32,599 bases of DNA from Verrucomicrobiales bacterium (GCA_031411295.1 JANOAV010000020.1:1-32599), one strand, 5' to 3'; shown: positions 17,517 through 27,295, counted from the stretch's first letter. The notes: generated by a model from the sequence alone, not told the origin. Made by a program: numbers and translations.

Positions 17517-20090
17517 ATGCTGCTTATGATCCCGCCCAGATTCCTGTCGATTGTTCTCGCCTGTGCCGCACTGCAAATATCATCCGATCCGGCCCCCGCC
17601 GGCTTGATTGAAAAAGATGCCGCATTGGCCGCACAGAAATTTTGGGATAACCGGGATTTCGCTTGGTATAAGGACAACATCCCGTTCTTCGACTGTCCGG
17701 ATGCCGAGTTGGTCACGACCTATTATTACCGTTGGGAGTTGATCACCAAGCACCTGACGTATGGTTCCCCGAACAGCGGCTATAGTTTCACCGAGTTCAT
17801 CGATCGGCCCTTCTGGAGCGGAACCTATGGCGCCATCAGTTGCCCGGCTGGTCACCAATTCTATGAGCTGCGCTGGTTGCGCGATGCCACTTACATCGAA
17901 GACTACGCCAAATACTGGTTCCGCACGCCCGGAGCGCAGCCGCGCAATTACGGCACGTGGCTGGCCGATGGCATCTGGGCGGCTCATGCGGTGCATCCTA
18001 ACGATGAACTCATGAAGTCGCTGTTGCCCGATCTAAAGGTTAACTACGAGGCGTGGGAGAAACGACAGTTCGTCCCCGAGGTGGGGCTTTTTTGGCAGAA
18101 TGGTCACGACGACGGCATGGAATTCAACATCAACAGCCGCCAGACGACTGACATCCTGCGTGGAGCCAACGGATATCGCCCCGGCTTTAACGCCTACATG
18201 TGGGCTGATGCCTTGGCGATTGCCCGCTGCGCGAAATTGGCCGGGGATGACGCCACCGCCAAAGCCTATGAGCAGAAGGCCAGCGGGCTGAAAGAGAAAC
18301 TGCAAAAGCTCCTCTGGGATCCCACTCGGGAGTTCTTCTTTCCCATGTCCATGAAGGAGGAAAAGGACAAGGAAGGCAACGTGGTGAAGAAGCACACGCT
18401 GACCTACCAATCCGGAAAATTTGCCGGCAGCCCGCATGGACGCGAAGAGCATGCTTACATCCCGTGGCAATTCAATTTGCCCGATGCCGATAAAGGCTAC
18501 GAGGTGGCTTGGAAGTTCCTGATGGATCCCCAATATTTCTACGCCACTTATGGCCCGTCCACGGTGGAGCGGAATGATCCCATGTTCCTGCTGCAGAAAG
18601 GTTGCTGCTGGTGGAGCGGTCAGTCCTGGCCCTACTCCACTGCGCAAACGTTGAAGGCCATGGCGAACCTGCTGCAAAACTACCCGCAGAAAGTCGTTAC
18701 CAAAGAGGACTACTACAAACTGCTGCACATCTTTGCCATTTCCCACCGCAAAGAGGGGCAACCGTATCTGGCCGAAGCCTTGCATCCCGACACCGGTTCC
18801 TTTGAAGGGCATGATGCCTTCAACCACAGCGAGCACTATTTTCATAGTAGCTTCAATGATCTCGTCATCACTGGCCTCATGGGATTGAAGACTGACAAGG
18901 CCGGTAGCTTGGAAATCGATCCGCTGGTCCCAGTGGAGTGGTCCTATTTCGCGATCGATGATGTTCCTTATGCCGGGCACTTGATCAGCCTCAGCTACGA
19001 CCGGGATGGTTCACACTATAAGCAAGGAGTCGGCATGAAACTCTGGGTGGATGGCAAAGTGGTGGCGGAAAAGCCAACCATCGAGAAACTCGCCATCGCG
19101 CTACCTGCCAAAGCTCCCGCCGCAAAGCCTGCCAAGCGGCTTAACTATGCGGTCAACAATGATGGGGATCACTATCCCAATCTCACGGCCTCGTTCACCG
19201 CCCCCGACAGCTCACTGGCGAAAGTAAATGATGGTAATTGTTTCTACACCACGCGCCCCGTGAATCGCTGGACCACGCTCAATTCCCCGAACCCGCAGGA
19301 TTGGATCGAAGTGGACTTTGGAGCTGAACGTAAATTGGACTGCATCCACCTGGCATTTCTCGATGACGGCAAGGGAATCGTCGCACCCCAGAAATATGAG
19401 ATTCAGATTCCCCATGGGGCCGCTTGGGAAAGCCTGCCCGAACAAAAGCACACGCCCGCCGAGCCCACGGGCCATCTCATGAATCGAGTGACTTTCCCTG
19501 AACAGGCGCTGAAAAAATTCCGCGTGCTGCTGACCCATGCGCCGGGCGGCTTTAGCGGACTAACTGAATTGGAAGCCTGGGGGATTGGCTCGCTGCCTTA
19601 CGTCCCCGTCCCCCCTCAGCCGGGGAATTTAGCCTATAATCCAACCCGGCAAGGATTCCCGAAGGCTACTGCGTCCTTTCATGATGTCTATGGAGGCGTG
19701 CCCACGTCGGCCACGGACGGTCGCAAAAGCTACCAACCGAATCCCGTCAACCGTTGGACGAGTTACGGTTCCCCTAACGCGCAAGACTGGCTGGAAGTCG
19801 ATTTCGGGGAAGCCAAGGAAGTGCGTCGCGTGGAGCTTTATATTTACGATGACAAAGGCGGGGTGCAGCCCCCCACCAGCTACACCGTGCAATCCTACAC
19901 CGGCACCGAGTGGCAGGACATCGCCAACCAAAAGAAAAATCCAGCGCTTCCTGCAGGTAGCGCGCAGAACACCGTCACCTTCGACAGTGTCACTACTAGC
20001 AAACTCCGCGTGCTGTTTACCAATCGGGATAAGGCCCGGAGTGGACTTACGGAGCTGGAGATTTTTGGCGCACCTTCAGCTAGCCCATAA
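17517..20090 (+). CDS. Secreted glycoside hydrolase (MGH1/GH63-like alpha-barrel) with two C-terminal discoidin (F5/8 type C) domains
   Basis: Signal-like N-terminus; YYYRW, HDDGME, W.GQSWPY and HYFHSSFNDLVITGL motifs; two modules NDG/TDG...NRWT...DW(I/L)EVDFG...GLTELE. The start codon is uncertain (17517 or 17526). Confidence 0.75.
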   Translation: MLLMIPPRFLSIVLACAALQISSDPAPAGLIEKDAALAAQKFWDNRDFAWYKDNIPFFDCPDAELVTTYYYRWELITKHLTYGSPNSGYSFTEFIDRPFWSGTYGAISCPAGHQFYELRWLRDATYIEDYAKYWFRTPGAQPRNYGTWLADGIWAAHAVHPNDELMKSLLPDLKVNYEAWEKRQFVPEVGLFWQNGHDDGMEFNINSRQTTDILRGANGYRPGFNAYMWADALAIARCAKLAGDDATAKAYEQKASGLKEKLQKLLWDPTREFFFPMSMKEEKDKEGNVVKKHTLTYQSGKFAGSPHGREEHAYIPWQFNLPDADKGYEVAWKFLMDPQYFYATYGPSTVERNDPMFLLQKGCCWWSGQSWPYSTAQTLKAMANLLQNYPQKVVTKEDYYKLLHIFAISHRKEGQPYLAEALHPDTGSFEGHDAFNHSEHYFHSSFNDLVITGLMGLKTDKAGSLEIDPLVPVEWSYFAIDDVPYAGHLISLSYDRDGSHYKQGVGMKLWVDGKVVAEKPTIEKLAIALPAKAPAAKPAKRLNYAVNNDGDHYPNLTASFTAPDSSLAKVNDGNCFYTTRPVNRWTTLNSPNPQDWIEVDFGAERKLDCIHLAFLDDGKGIVAPQKYEIQIPHGAAWESLPEQKHTPAEPTGHLMNRVTFPEQALKKFRVLLTHAPGGFSGLTELEAWGIGSLPYVPVPPQPGNLAYNPTRQGFPKATASFHDVYGGVPTSATDGRKSYQPNPVNRWTSYGSPNAQDWLEVDFGEAKEVRRVELYIYDDKGGVQPPTSYTVQSYTGTEWQDIANQKKNPALPAGSAQNTVTFDSVTTSKLRVLFTNRDKARSGLTELEIFGAPSASP

Positions 20091-20099
20091 CCACTCCGG

Positions 20100-21014
20100 T
20101 TACTTTTGCAATAAGCCACGCCCCCGCATCCAATCTTCGGCCCGGTGCGGCCAACTGGTTACCGTTTCCTTCGTGGGCCGCAGGCCATAGCCGTGGCCGC
20201 CAGTCGCGTAGGTGTGCAGTTCTGCTGGCACCTTCGCTTTCGTCAGCGCCATGCTGTAGAAGGTGGCGGTTTCGATGCGCAGGGGATCGTCTGCGGTCAT
20301 GACGATGAACGTGGGCGGCGTCTTCTCATTAATTTTCAACTCCGGGGAAACCTTGTCCCCCTCTTCCTTAACGGTTAGATAAGCGGGATAGATCAGCATC
20401 GTGAAGTCAGGACGGCAATGGACGGCATCCGCCTCGTCGCTGGTGGGATAAGTCCGGGTCTCATAATTCGTGCTGGCGGCCGCACTCAGATGGGCTCCCG
20501 CAGAGAAGCCCATGATACCGATCCGGCTGGGATCAATCCCAAATTCCTTCGCGCGCAGGCGCACCAAGCCCACGGCTCGCTGGGCATCTTGCAGGGCCGC
20601 CGTATGCTTTTCCAAGCCGGCACGTTTCGGGACCCGATACTTTAGCAGCACTCCAGTGACACCAATGGAATTTAACCATTCGCAAATTTCGGTCCCCTCC
20701 AGATCCAAGGCCAGGATGCCGTAGCCGCCGCCAGGACAGATCACGATGGAGGTTCCAGTGTCTTTCTCGGGAGCTGGTTTATAAACGGTGATGGTTGGTT
20801 TGCTGACATTTCCCAGCCGAATCAATGGCTTGCCCGCCACCAGTCCTTCGCCCGGTTTGGAGATGTCTTTCTCTTCCCCGATGTCTCCCTTTTCTCCCGG
20901 GGCTCCTTGCGGCCAGAGTTCGATGGGCTTCGGGGCATCGGCGGCCAGGGCACTAACGCTGCAGCAGAGCAGGAGGCTTAAGAGGGGGAGCGGGAGACGA
21001 AAGTTCTGACTCAT
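20100..21014 (-). CDS. Secreted alpha/beta hydrolase (carbohydrate esterase-like)
   Basis: ICPGGGY oxyanion motif, GFSAG nucleophile elbow, D.L and GGHGYG catalytic motifs; signal peptide. Confidence 0.9.
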   Translation of the reverse strand: MSQNFRLPLPLLSLLLCCSVSALAADAPKPIELWPQGAPGEKGDIGEEKDISKPGEGLVAGKPLIRLGNVSKPTITVYKPAPEKDTGTSIVICPGGGYGILALDLEGTEICEWLNSIGVTGVLLKYRVPKRAGLEKHTAALQDAQRAVGLVRLRAKEFGIDPSRIGIMGFSAGAHLSAAASTNYETRTYPTSDEADAVHCRPDFTMLIYPAYLTVKEEGDKVSPELKINEKTPPTFIVMTADDPLRIETATFYSMALTKAKVPAELHTYATGGHGYGLRPTKETVTSWPHRAEDWMRGRGLLQK

Positions 21015-21044
21015 AAGTTAGGTGGGATATGGATTGAAGAAATT

Positions 21045-21662
21045 TTACGAAGTTAAAATACGCAAGGCGGAACGGAGCAAGGCGGACGATTCTGGCTCGG
21101 TGCCTGCAGGTAAGCCTTCCATGGAGGATCTCACCGCCTTCTGGGCTTCCACTTGTTTGTAGCCCAGATTGATCAGAGCCAGGATGACATCATTGGCCAG
21201 TTGTTGACTTTTCGGCATGGAGGCCGGGCGTTGTCTGGCCTCCTGCCACGCAGCGGTCACGCCCACCTTATCCTTCAATTCCACGACAATGCGTTCGGCG
21301 GTCTTCTTGCCGACGCCCTTAATCTTGGCGAGCGCAGTGACATCGCCATTGACCACATAGTTCTTGAAGTCGGTCACTTTCATACCGCTGAGGACCGCCA
21401 GGCCCATCTTCGGACCAATGCCGGAAACGCGGTCAATCAAGAGCCGGAATAAATCACGTTCATCTGCCGTAGCGAAGCCGAACATCGCCTGCTCCTGCTC
21501 CCGCACATGGAAATGGGTGAGCAACTTCACTGGCTGTCCTTCCCCGGGCAGGGCGTCGAAGGTGCTGGTGGGCACAAAACATTCGTAACCCACCCCACCG
21601 ACATCAACAACGACACGGTCCGGCAGGCTTTCGGCTAAATTTCCTCTGAGGAAAGTAATCAT
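21045..21662 (-). CDS. ruvA: Holliday junction branch migration protein RuvA
   Basis: MITFLRG, VVDVGGVGYE, VSGIGPK, GVGKKTAERIVVELKDK and ALINLGY motifs. Confidence 0.97.
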   Translation of the reverse strand: MITFLRGNLAESLPDRVVVDVGGVGYECFVPTSTFDALPGEGQPVKLLTHFHVREQEQAMFGFATADERDLFRLLIDRVSGIGPKMGLAVLSGMKVTDFKNYVVNGDVTALAKIKGVGKKTAERIVVELKDKVGVTAAWQEARQRPASMPKSQQLANDVILALINLGYKQVEAQKAVRSSMEGLPAGTEPESSALLRSALRILTS

Positions 21663-21798
21663 GCCTCCATCCTACCCGTTGATCCTAAACAACAAGGCGA
21701 AAAAATGCCGGATTCGAGAAAACCTCGACAAAACGCACTTGCAATTTTTCGCCACCCTCCCTAAGTAGCCGTCCGCTCGACAAGGGACGGAAAAATCT

Positions 21799-21884
21799 GG
21801 GTAGATACCGAAGTGGCCAACCGGGGCAGACTGTAAATCTGCTGTCTTACGACTTCGAAGGTTCGAATCCTTCTCTGCCCACCA
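21799..21884 (+). tRNA. tRNA-Tyr (GTA)
   Basis: Acceptor stem GGGTAGA/TCTGCCC, anticodon arm GCAGA-CTGTAAA-TCTGC, long variable arm, T arm GAAGG-TTCGAAT-CCTTC and encoded ACCA end. Confidence 0.97.
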
Positions 21885-22029
21885 CCTTGTCTCTCGCAGG
21901 AGTTACAAGGATTTCAGCCCTAGCATGTGGACGCAAGGAAATTTACATTGCGCCACTTTTTTCCTGCTGATTTGTTTAGGGGGGCCAATTTACCGAAGGC
22001 AAGCGTTTCAATCCCAACTTTAATCTCGC

Positions 22030-22920
22030 GTGCGCGGGCGCCCCCGGTTACTTGTGAAACGCTTTCGTTTCCTGGATATGCCGTTCACGCATTTCCTGAT
22101 TTGGGCGTATCCGTTCACCACGCATGGTAGTGCGGGTATGTTCAAGCAGGAGGAGCGGGATCTGGAGTATCGGGAAATGTATGATCTGACGGCCCTTCTG
22201 TTGCGGACTTACAAGGGCACTGGCAAGAAATTCTATCTGGGGCACTGGGAGGGCGACTGGCATCTGCGGCCGCATTTCGATAACAAGCAGCCGTTCCCGG
22301 AGCACAATGGGGAAAATTTCACCGCGTGGTTGAAGGTGCGGCAGGAAGCGATCGATGATGCGAAGCGGGATACGCCGCATGAGGGCGTGGAGGTGTGGCA
22401 TTGCACGGAGGTGAATCTGGTGGAGCCATTCCTCAAGGGCGGCCAGTGTCTGACAAATGATATTCTGCCGCAGGTGAATGTGGACTTCGTGAGCTACTCC
22501 TGCTACGACAGTCTGCAGCGGGTGATTCATGACGATCTCGTTGCTGCGCTGAATCACATCGAGTCCAAGTTAAAGCCGAAGCCGGGCATTCCTGGCAAAC
22601 GGGTCTTCATTGGCGAATACGGTTTCCCGGCACCACGCTATACGCCGGAAGAGCAACGGAAGAAGAGCATCGAAGCCATGATGGCCGGGATCGAGTGGGG
22701 CTGCCCGTTCGTGCTCTATTGGGAACTCTACGATAACGAAGGCACAACGGAGAAGCCCGGCGGCTTCTGGCTGATCAATGAGAAGAACGAGAAGCAACCG
22801 GCATGGCACCTACACCAGCGTTATTACGAATGGGCCCGGAAACAGCAGCCAGCCTCGGAGGAGGCGTTTCGCAAGGAGGCGGTGAAATTTCTGCGGAGTG
22901 AACAGGCAGGGGAGCGGTGA
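22030..22920 (+). CDS. Hypothetical glycoside hydrolase-like (clan GH-A-like TIM barrel) protein, probably 5'-truncated
   Basis: Coding-like from about 22075. GHWEGDW and VFIGEYG resemble the acid/base and nucleophile motifs; YWELYDNE follows. There is no convincing start or signal peptide. Confidence 0.5.
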   Translation: MRGRPRLLVKRFRFLDMPFTHFLIWAYPFTTHGSAGMFKQEERDLEYREMYDLTALLLRTYKGTGKKFYLGHWEGDWHLRPHFDNKQPFPEHNGENFTAWLKVRQEAIDDAKRDTPHEGVEVWHCTEVNLVEPFLKGGQCLTNDILPQVNVDFVSYSCYDSLQRVIHDDLVAALNHIESKLKPKPGIPGKRVFIGEYGFPAPRYTPEEQRKKSIEAMMAGIEWGCPFVLYWELYDNEGTTEKPGGFWLINEKNEKQPAWHLHQRYYEWARKQQPASEEAFRKEAVKFLRSEQAGER

Positions 22921-22980
22921 TCGAGTGTGTTTCCCTGAGGGGGGCTATTTCCCCTCTGTAAAACACTTCACATTTGCCTG

Positions 22981-23110
22981 TCTGGCGTGGAAATGGAAGC
23001 CCTCACCGCCGTCAGCGTGGCCGCCCTTGACTATCTACGATATGTGCAAAGCCGTGGACCACCAAATGATCATCCGTAAGGTCAGACTGCTGCGCAAAAC
23101 CAAGGGGTAA
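22981..23110 (+). pseudogene. moaC: C-terminal fragment of moaC with a +1 frameshift
   Basis: Translates GVEMEALTAVSVAA, then an extra C at about 23026, then LTIYDMCKAVD...VRLLRKTKG*, the MoaC signature. The N-terminal two-thirds are absent. Confidence 0.85.
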
Positions 23111-23138
23111 CGCCACGTTGCCTAACAAAGCAGAATTC

Positions 23139-23228
23139 CTCCAGCAGATTCAGGGAGGACAGCAGATTATTTTTACATGAAACCGAAATTCAGAGCCAAA
23201 TCTGCTGTCCTCCCTGAATCTGCTGGAG
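23139..23228. repeat. Perfect 30-bp inverted repeat with a 30-nt loop
   Basis: CTCCAGCAGATTCAGGGAGGACAGCAGATT (23139-23168) and its exact reverse complement (23199-23228). Confidence 0.9.
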
Positions 23229-23324
23229 ACCAATTCCACCACTCTCCCGGCTGCTCGCCATGGCAGATTTTTGCACACGCCTCCACCGCTGGGACAAACC
23301 TAAACTAGGAGCAAAATCCGAACC

Positions 23325-23513
23325 GTCGCGCCAGCGTCCTGGAGTGCGGTGGCAAGGCTTTGCGCGACACCGCTCTGGACGCGGAAACAGCCCGAGAGCA
23401 TGGATGACGTTGCAGCAGGAGTTCGTGTCTTTTGTGGAATCCAGAGTCTCAAGCACAGTCGAAAGCGGCGTGGCGCAAAGCCTTCCCGCCGCACTCCAAG
23501 ACGCTATCGCGAC
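23325..23513. repeat. REP/REPIN-like inverted pair
   Basis: AGCGTCCTGGAGTGCGGTGGCAAGGCTTTGCGCGACACCGCT ... AGCGGCGTGGCGCAAAGCCTTCCCGCCGCACTCCAAGACGCT form imperfect inverted arms. Confidence 0.75.
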
Positions 23514-23617
23514 AAAGCAAGCGCACCTCTAAAAACTTAGAATCGGGAGAGGATTTCCACCGTTTTGAACCGAGAGCGCTTGAACGCAACGAGGTTTTTA
23601 GAAGCATAAGAAACAAT

Positions 23618-23661
23618 TCAAAGCCCAAGGGGGACACTTCCGTTCCACCCTTGGGCTTTGA
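23618..23661 (-). terminator. Probable terminator hairpin downstream of the 23687-24712 gene
   Basis: 14-bp stem TCAAAGCCCAAGGG/CCCTTGGGCTTTGA located 25 nt after the stop codon. Confidence 0.55.
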
Positions 23662-23686
23662 TCTGGCATCCTTCCCCGCTACCCCA

Positions 23687-24712
23687 TCACACCGGACGGG
23701 AAATGACCACCGTGTTGCTGGCGCGTTCATTGCCCTCTGTTGTAATGGCATAGACGCGATAGCTGGCGGTGGTGCCGGGGGTGGTTAGGCCCACGATGGT
23801 TTCGAATTGGGGTGGGTTGCTGGTGGGGATGCTGGCCACGATGCTTTCGTCGTCTGCGGCATAGTCCGGGCCGGCTACGAAGCGGAGTTCGTGGCGCTCC
23901 ACACTGGCGCTGGGGCTGGGGACGAAGGTAATCACGGCCAGATTCGTGGAGCTGTTCCACAAGCCATTGATGACGGCCGCATCCGGGGTGGATCCTGGTA
24001 GCGGGCTGTAGCGGGGCAGGCTGCCGATGAGCGGGTGGTCTGGTGGCAGTTTGGCGGGCACGGCTTCCCGATACCCTGGCAGGTATTCGCGGATTTGCAC
24101 TTCCGTGGCCGTGCGCACGCTGCGCGCTGTATCCAGATTTACTTCCGCAGTCTTCAGGGTGGAATGGCTGAGCTTCAGGGCGGCTACCTCCGTGAGGAAG
24201 TTCGCCAGCGTGTAGGGGATTGGTGGAGGCGTAATGGTGTTGCTCAGCGCAGGCAGCGTTAGGGGCAGGGTCACCCCGGGAAAGGTGGCGGAGGCATTCA
24301 CCAGCCCCCAGTGGCCACTCACATCGTCCAGCGATTGCTCCACGCGGGAGGCACCATCCGTCACACTGGCCACGGGGCGCAATCCCGCCTCCAGCGCCGT
24401 GCCGCCCCAGGAGGCGCGCACGTTATCGTTAAACTGACCGCAGCGGGCCAGCGCCGCCGTGCGTTTGATCTCCACATCCGCCCGGGCGATCTCTTTGATC
24501 GTCAACTTCAGTTCCACATCTGCCCGAGCCGTCGCCAGCGTGGCGCGCAGGGTTTGCAGTCCCGCCAGCGCCCGATTCCCCGTCACGATGATCACGGGAA
24601 ACCCACCGGGCGGAGGCGATCCCGGGGTCACCAGCGCAGCATTGACCGCTGTCCAGTGGGCAATGAATTGATCTGTGGTGGGCAGATAGGAAGAGGGGCC
24701 GGTGATAGGCAT
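23687..24712 (-). CDS. Hypothetical protein, helical N-terminus with a C-terminal FN3-like beta domain; paralog of 27505-28500
   Basis: 341 aa with good codon bias; shares SY...D.F.AHW.AV.AAL, HPL..S.PR.SPLPG.TP and AS(Y/F).VY..TT..NER.S..VV..R with the paralog. Confidence 0.8.
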   Translation of the reverse strand: MPITGPSSYLPTTDQFIAHWTAVNAALVTPGSPPPGGFPVIIVTGNRALAGLQTLRATLATARADVELKLTIKEIARADVEIKRTAALARCGQFNDNVRASWGGTALEAGLRPVASVTDGASRVEQSLDDVSGHWGLVNASATFPGVTLPLTLPALSNTITPPPIPYTLANFLTEVAALKLSHSTLKTAEVNLDTARSVRTATEVQIREYLPGYREAVPAKLPPDHPLIGSLPRYSPLPGSTPDAAVINGLWNSSTNLAVITFVPSPSASVERHELRFVAGPDYAADDESIVASIPTSNPPQFETIVGLTTPGTTASYRVYAITTEGNERASNTVVISRPV

Positions 24713-25215
24713 AGTGCTTGAGATAGTTTAGTTGTAGGTGGTGTTTCCAAGTCTCAGTCAGGGGCTGCACAGGCAGAAACCATCGCTGCTACTGCAAACC
24801 CTCTGATTCCTGAAATTCATCAACTCCGCCCCTGACACCCAAGCCACATTCCTCTGAGCAGCCCCATATCCCAACGCCACGGCGGCATCGCTGCCATCCC
24901 CTTCTGCACCAATCAAAAGCTTATCACTCCGGAGTTTCATGGGGCCATGGTATAGCGGTTAATAAGGGGATTGGCAAATATATTCTTCCAAACGTAAGTC
25001 CTGACAGTCTTGACAGCATTTCCCGCCAAACAGAAAGGCTCTTGGCGGTTAAAAGGGTGCAATGTAGACGGGACACGCTCGTCGCCTCCTGATAGAGAAG
25101 GTGCATTCGCCTCCAGGTCAGCGACCTGAGAGCCAGCTGAATTCGACAGCAGCACTACAGAGACCTGCCCAAACCGAAAGGAAAGAGCAAGCTAGTCCCA
25201 TAACGAGTCTGATTG

Positions 25216-25291
25216 GAACCGCGCGGTGCGGACCCGCATGCCGGGTGGTGTGGGAGGGGTGGCGGGCGCACTCCTGCCACCTCGACCCGAT
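25216..25291 (+). mobile_element. Group II intron 3' remnant (domains V and VI, class IIC-like); no intron-encoded RT
   Basis: GAACCGCGCGGTGCGGACCCGCATGCCGGGTGGTGTGGGAGGGG is a short DV with a CGC triad. It is followed by a DVI hairpin (GGTGGCGGG...CCTGCCACC-TCGACCC) ending in GAT. Confidence 0.8.
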
Positions 25292-25299
25292 TCGCCGTC

Positions 25300-25800
25300 T
25301 TAGATTTCTCTTGGAGCTTGATAGACTACCCTTCCATTCTCTTCTGCCCATTTATTGGAGAATCCGACATGTGAAATAGCGTTTCTGCTTCTGTCTAATT
25401 GACGCTCCGTCTCAGAAGCAAGTGCTTCTGGCGTAATTTCATAAATAACTTTAGCACGTATCTGGTCAGCTTCGTAAAATATCGCGTAGTAAATCATCTT
25501 ATTGCGCCATATTCGGCTCATTGATTGTTCGCGTTCTGACGCAGGCTCCTTGAACATGCGGTCCAACTGTCCCGAACCACCCTCTTTGCACGATAGATAT
25601 TCATACAAAATGCTTGGATCTTTTATGTCATGAGCATCTGCACCACCCTTCGTGGTAATCAACTCATGACCAAGATGGTCGGCAATAATCATCTCTTTGA
25701 CTAAGCCTGGCTGAAGTAAGTTGGGAATGCGGACAGAGCGAGCAAGCTCGGAAGCCTTGACGACAAGCGACACGATTTTTCGATATATCTCAAGTGCCAT
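25300..25800 (-). CDS. Putative type II restriction endonuclease, PvuII-like fold
   Basis: 166 aa overlapping the MTase end. The pattern I.NLLQ...G.DA.D...YE..S...YAIF...IYEI.P...KW..E.G..VY parallels R.PvuII as recalled. Low GC. Confidence 0.65.
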   Translation of the reverse strand: MALEIYRKIVSLVVKASELARSVRIPNLLQPGLVKEMIIADHLGHELITTKGGADAHDIKDPSILYEYLSCKEGGSGQLDRMFKEPASEREQSMSRIWRNKMIYYAIFYEADQIRAKVIYEITPEALASETERQLDRSRNAISHVGFSNKWAEENGRVVYQAPREI

Positions 25801-26596
25801 AGCTAAATTCGATTATTTGTTGCTCCGATTTAATTGCCTGAAGTCGTTCATTTGACATATCGACAAAAGTCTTGTCCATCTCAAAACCAATAAATCTTCT
25901 CCCTAATCGTTTACATACAACGGGGCATGTTCCCACACCAGAAAAAGGATCAAGCACCAAATGGCCTTTCGAGGAACTCGCTAAAACTATCCGCTCAATC
26001 AATTTTTCAGGTTTCTGAATGGTATTCAGCGCATCTCTGCAAACGAGTTCTTTTGAGTTGTAGGTTAAACCCTTGATATCCCCCCAAACATTCCCCGGAT
26101 TTTTGCCGTCATCATTAAATTTGGTCTTTCCAAATTTCCCGCTTTTAACCGAAGGGACGTTCTCACACCTCAATCGATGTTCTAATTCGACTAATTGAGG
26201 AACTCGAATGTCGTCCAGGTTAAATTGTGCGGGCTTTTTCCCCTTAATGAAATAACATATGATGTCGTAGTTGTTGGTGAAATTTTGTCGACCTTGCGCT
26301 AGTCGGCTAGGCTGATACCAAATTATTTTCGACTTAAGCGTCAAATACGGTCGGTAATCAATAAAGTCTATGCAGTCCGATTTGCCAAAAAGATAAAGTG
26401 ATCCACCTTCTTTGAGCTTACTGGAGAACCTCTTTATCAGATCTAAGTTGAAATCCTGAATGGACGGTATTCGATCCCAATCGTTCTGGGTGACGCCATA
26501 CGGGCCGTCACAAATAATTAAATCAACCGACTCGTCCTCGACCTTTTGCAGAAGGTTGAAGGAGTCTCCAAGGTGGATGGTGTTTTCTTTGAGCAT
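25790..26596 (-). CDS. Site-specific DNA methyltransferase (N4-C/N6-A, beta class)
   Basis: GDS..LL....DESVDLII, motif IV variant DGPY, QKPEKLIERIV and motif I VLDPFSGVGT...GRRFIGFE. Confidence 0.93.
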   Translation of the reverse strand: MLKENTIHLGDSFNLLQKVEDESVDLIICDGPYGVTQNDWDRIPSIQDFNLDLIKRFSSKLKEGGSLYLFGKSDCIDFIDYRPYLTLKSKIIWYQPSRLAQGRQNFTNNYDIICYFIKGKKPAQFNLDDIRVPQLVELEHRLRCENVPSVKSGKFGKTKFNDDGKNPGNVWGDIKGLTYNSKELVCRDALNTIQKPEKLIERIVLASSSKGHLVLDPFSGVGTCPVVCKRLGRRFIGFEMDKTFVDMSNERLQAIKSEQQIIEFSYGT

Positions 26597-26860
26597 AATT
26601 TATTGGCTAATATACTACTTACCCCTCTCTAGGGGTGTAGTAGTCTTTTGAGTGCTGTTGGGGGAAATAATGTTCAGGCGTATTACGACACGTTTCCCCC
26701 CAAGATTGGCAGGGATTGCCAACGGCGGATCCTATGGTAGGCGCTGCTGATTGGCAAGAGGTTTTCGGTTGGTTGAGGCATTTGAATCATTGGATTGGGG
26801 GGGGGGTCTCAAAAGGCGGGGTCGTAAGTGACTCGCGGCTTGGGGCTCTGATCGCATTGA

Positions 26861-27042
26861 CTTAGGCCGGGCCTTCAGCCCTTATTATCAATGGATTACA
26901 CCACCCAGGGCGTTGCCCTGGGCTGGTATATTCCGGGCCTTCAGCCCTTCTGAAGCACCAACGGTGCGTCCCATCTCAGCCTAGGGCAACGCCCTAGGAA
27001 GCCATAACCCGTTCCTCTTGAGGGCTGTAGGCCCGGCCTAAG
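26861..27042. repeat. REP-like composite palindrome
   Basis: Termini CTTAGGCCGGGCCTTCAGCCCT / AGGGCTGTAGGCCCGGCCTAAG; internal CCCAGGGCGTTGCCCTGGGCT and the inverted AGCCTAGGGCAACGCCCTAGG. Confidence 0.8.
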
Positions 27043-27112
27043 AGCAGGGGGAACGGTAATCAGATGCGCTGGGGCTTCTCGCAGTGGTGGTGCTCGGTAT
27101 TGGGCTGGATTT

Positions 27113-27200
27113 GGCCACAAAGAGCACAAAATACACAGAGTGGGAGGCGGGGGATTCTGGGAAGAATCGTGCCTTTGTGCTTTTTGTGTCCTTTGTGGCC
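27113..27200. repeat. Imperfect inverted repeat
   Basis: GGCCACAAAGAGCACAAAATACACAGAG ... CTTTGTGCTTTTTGTGTCCTTTGTGGCC. Confidence 0.75.
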
Positions 27201-27295
27201 GATGAATGGCGGGAGAGGGGCTTATCATGTGGGGGCGGATTGCGAAACCGCGGTCCGTTTTAGGCATTTTTCGATGATTTGACAACATTCATGTC

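Noticed and set aside
13250..21588. Many short ORFs overlapping the RND, hydrolase and ruvA genes
   Set aside because: Shadow ORFs expected in GC-rich coding DNA; they have no motifs.
21860..21884. tRNA 3' end as the attL of an intact integrative element
   Set aside because: No duplicate of the tRNA 3' end and no integrase were seen in the window.
24950..25215. Complete ORF-less group II intron or a retron/DGR-type RT system
   Set aside because: No convincing GTGCG 5' end, no RT ORF and no template/variable repeat pair were found; only DV-DVI is supportable.
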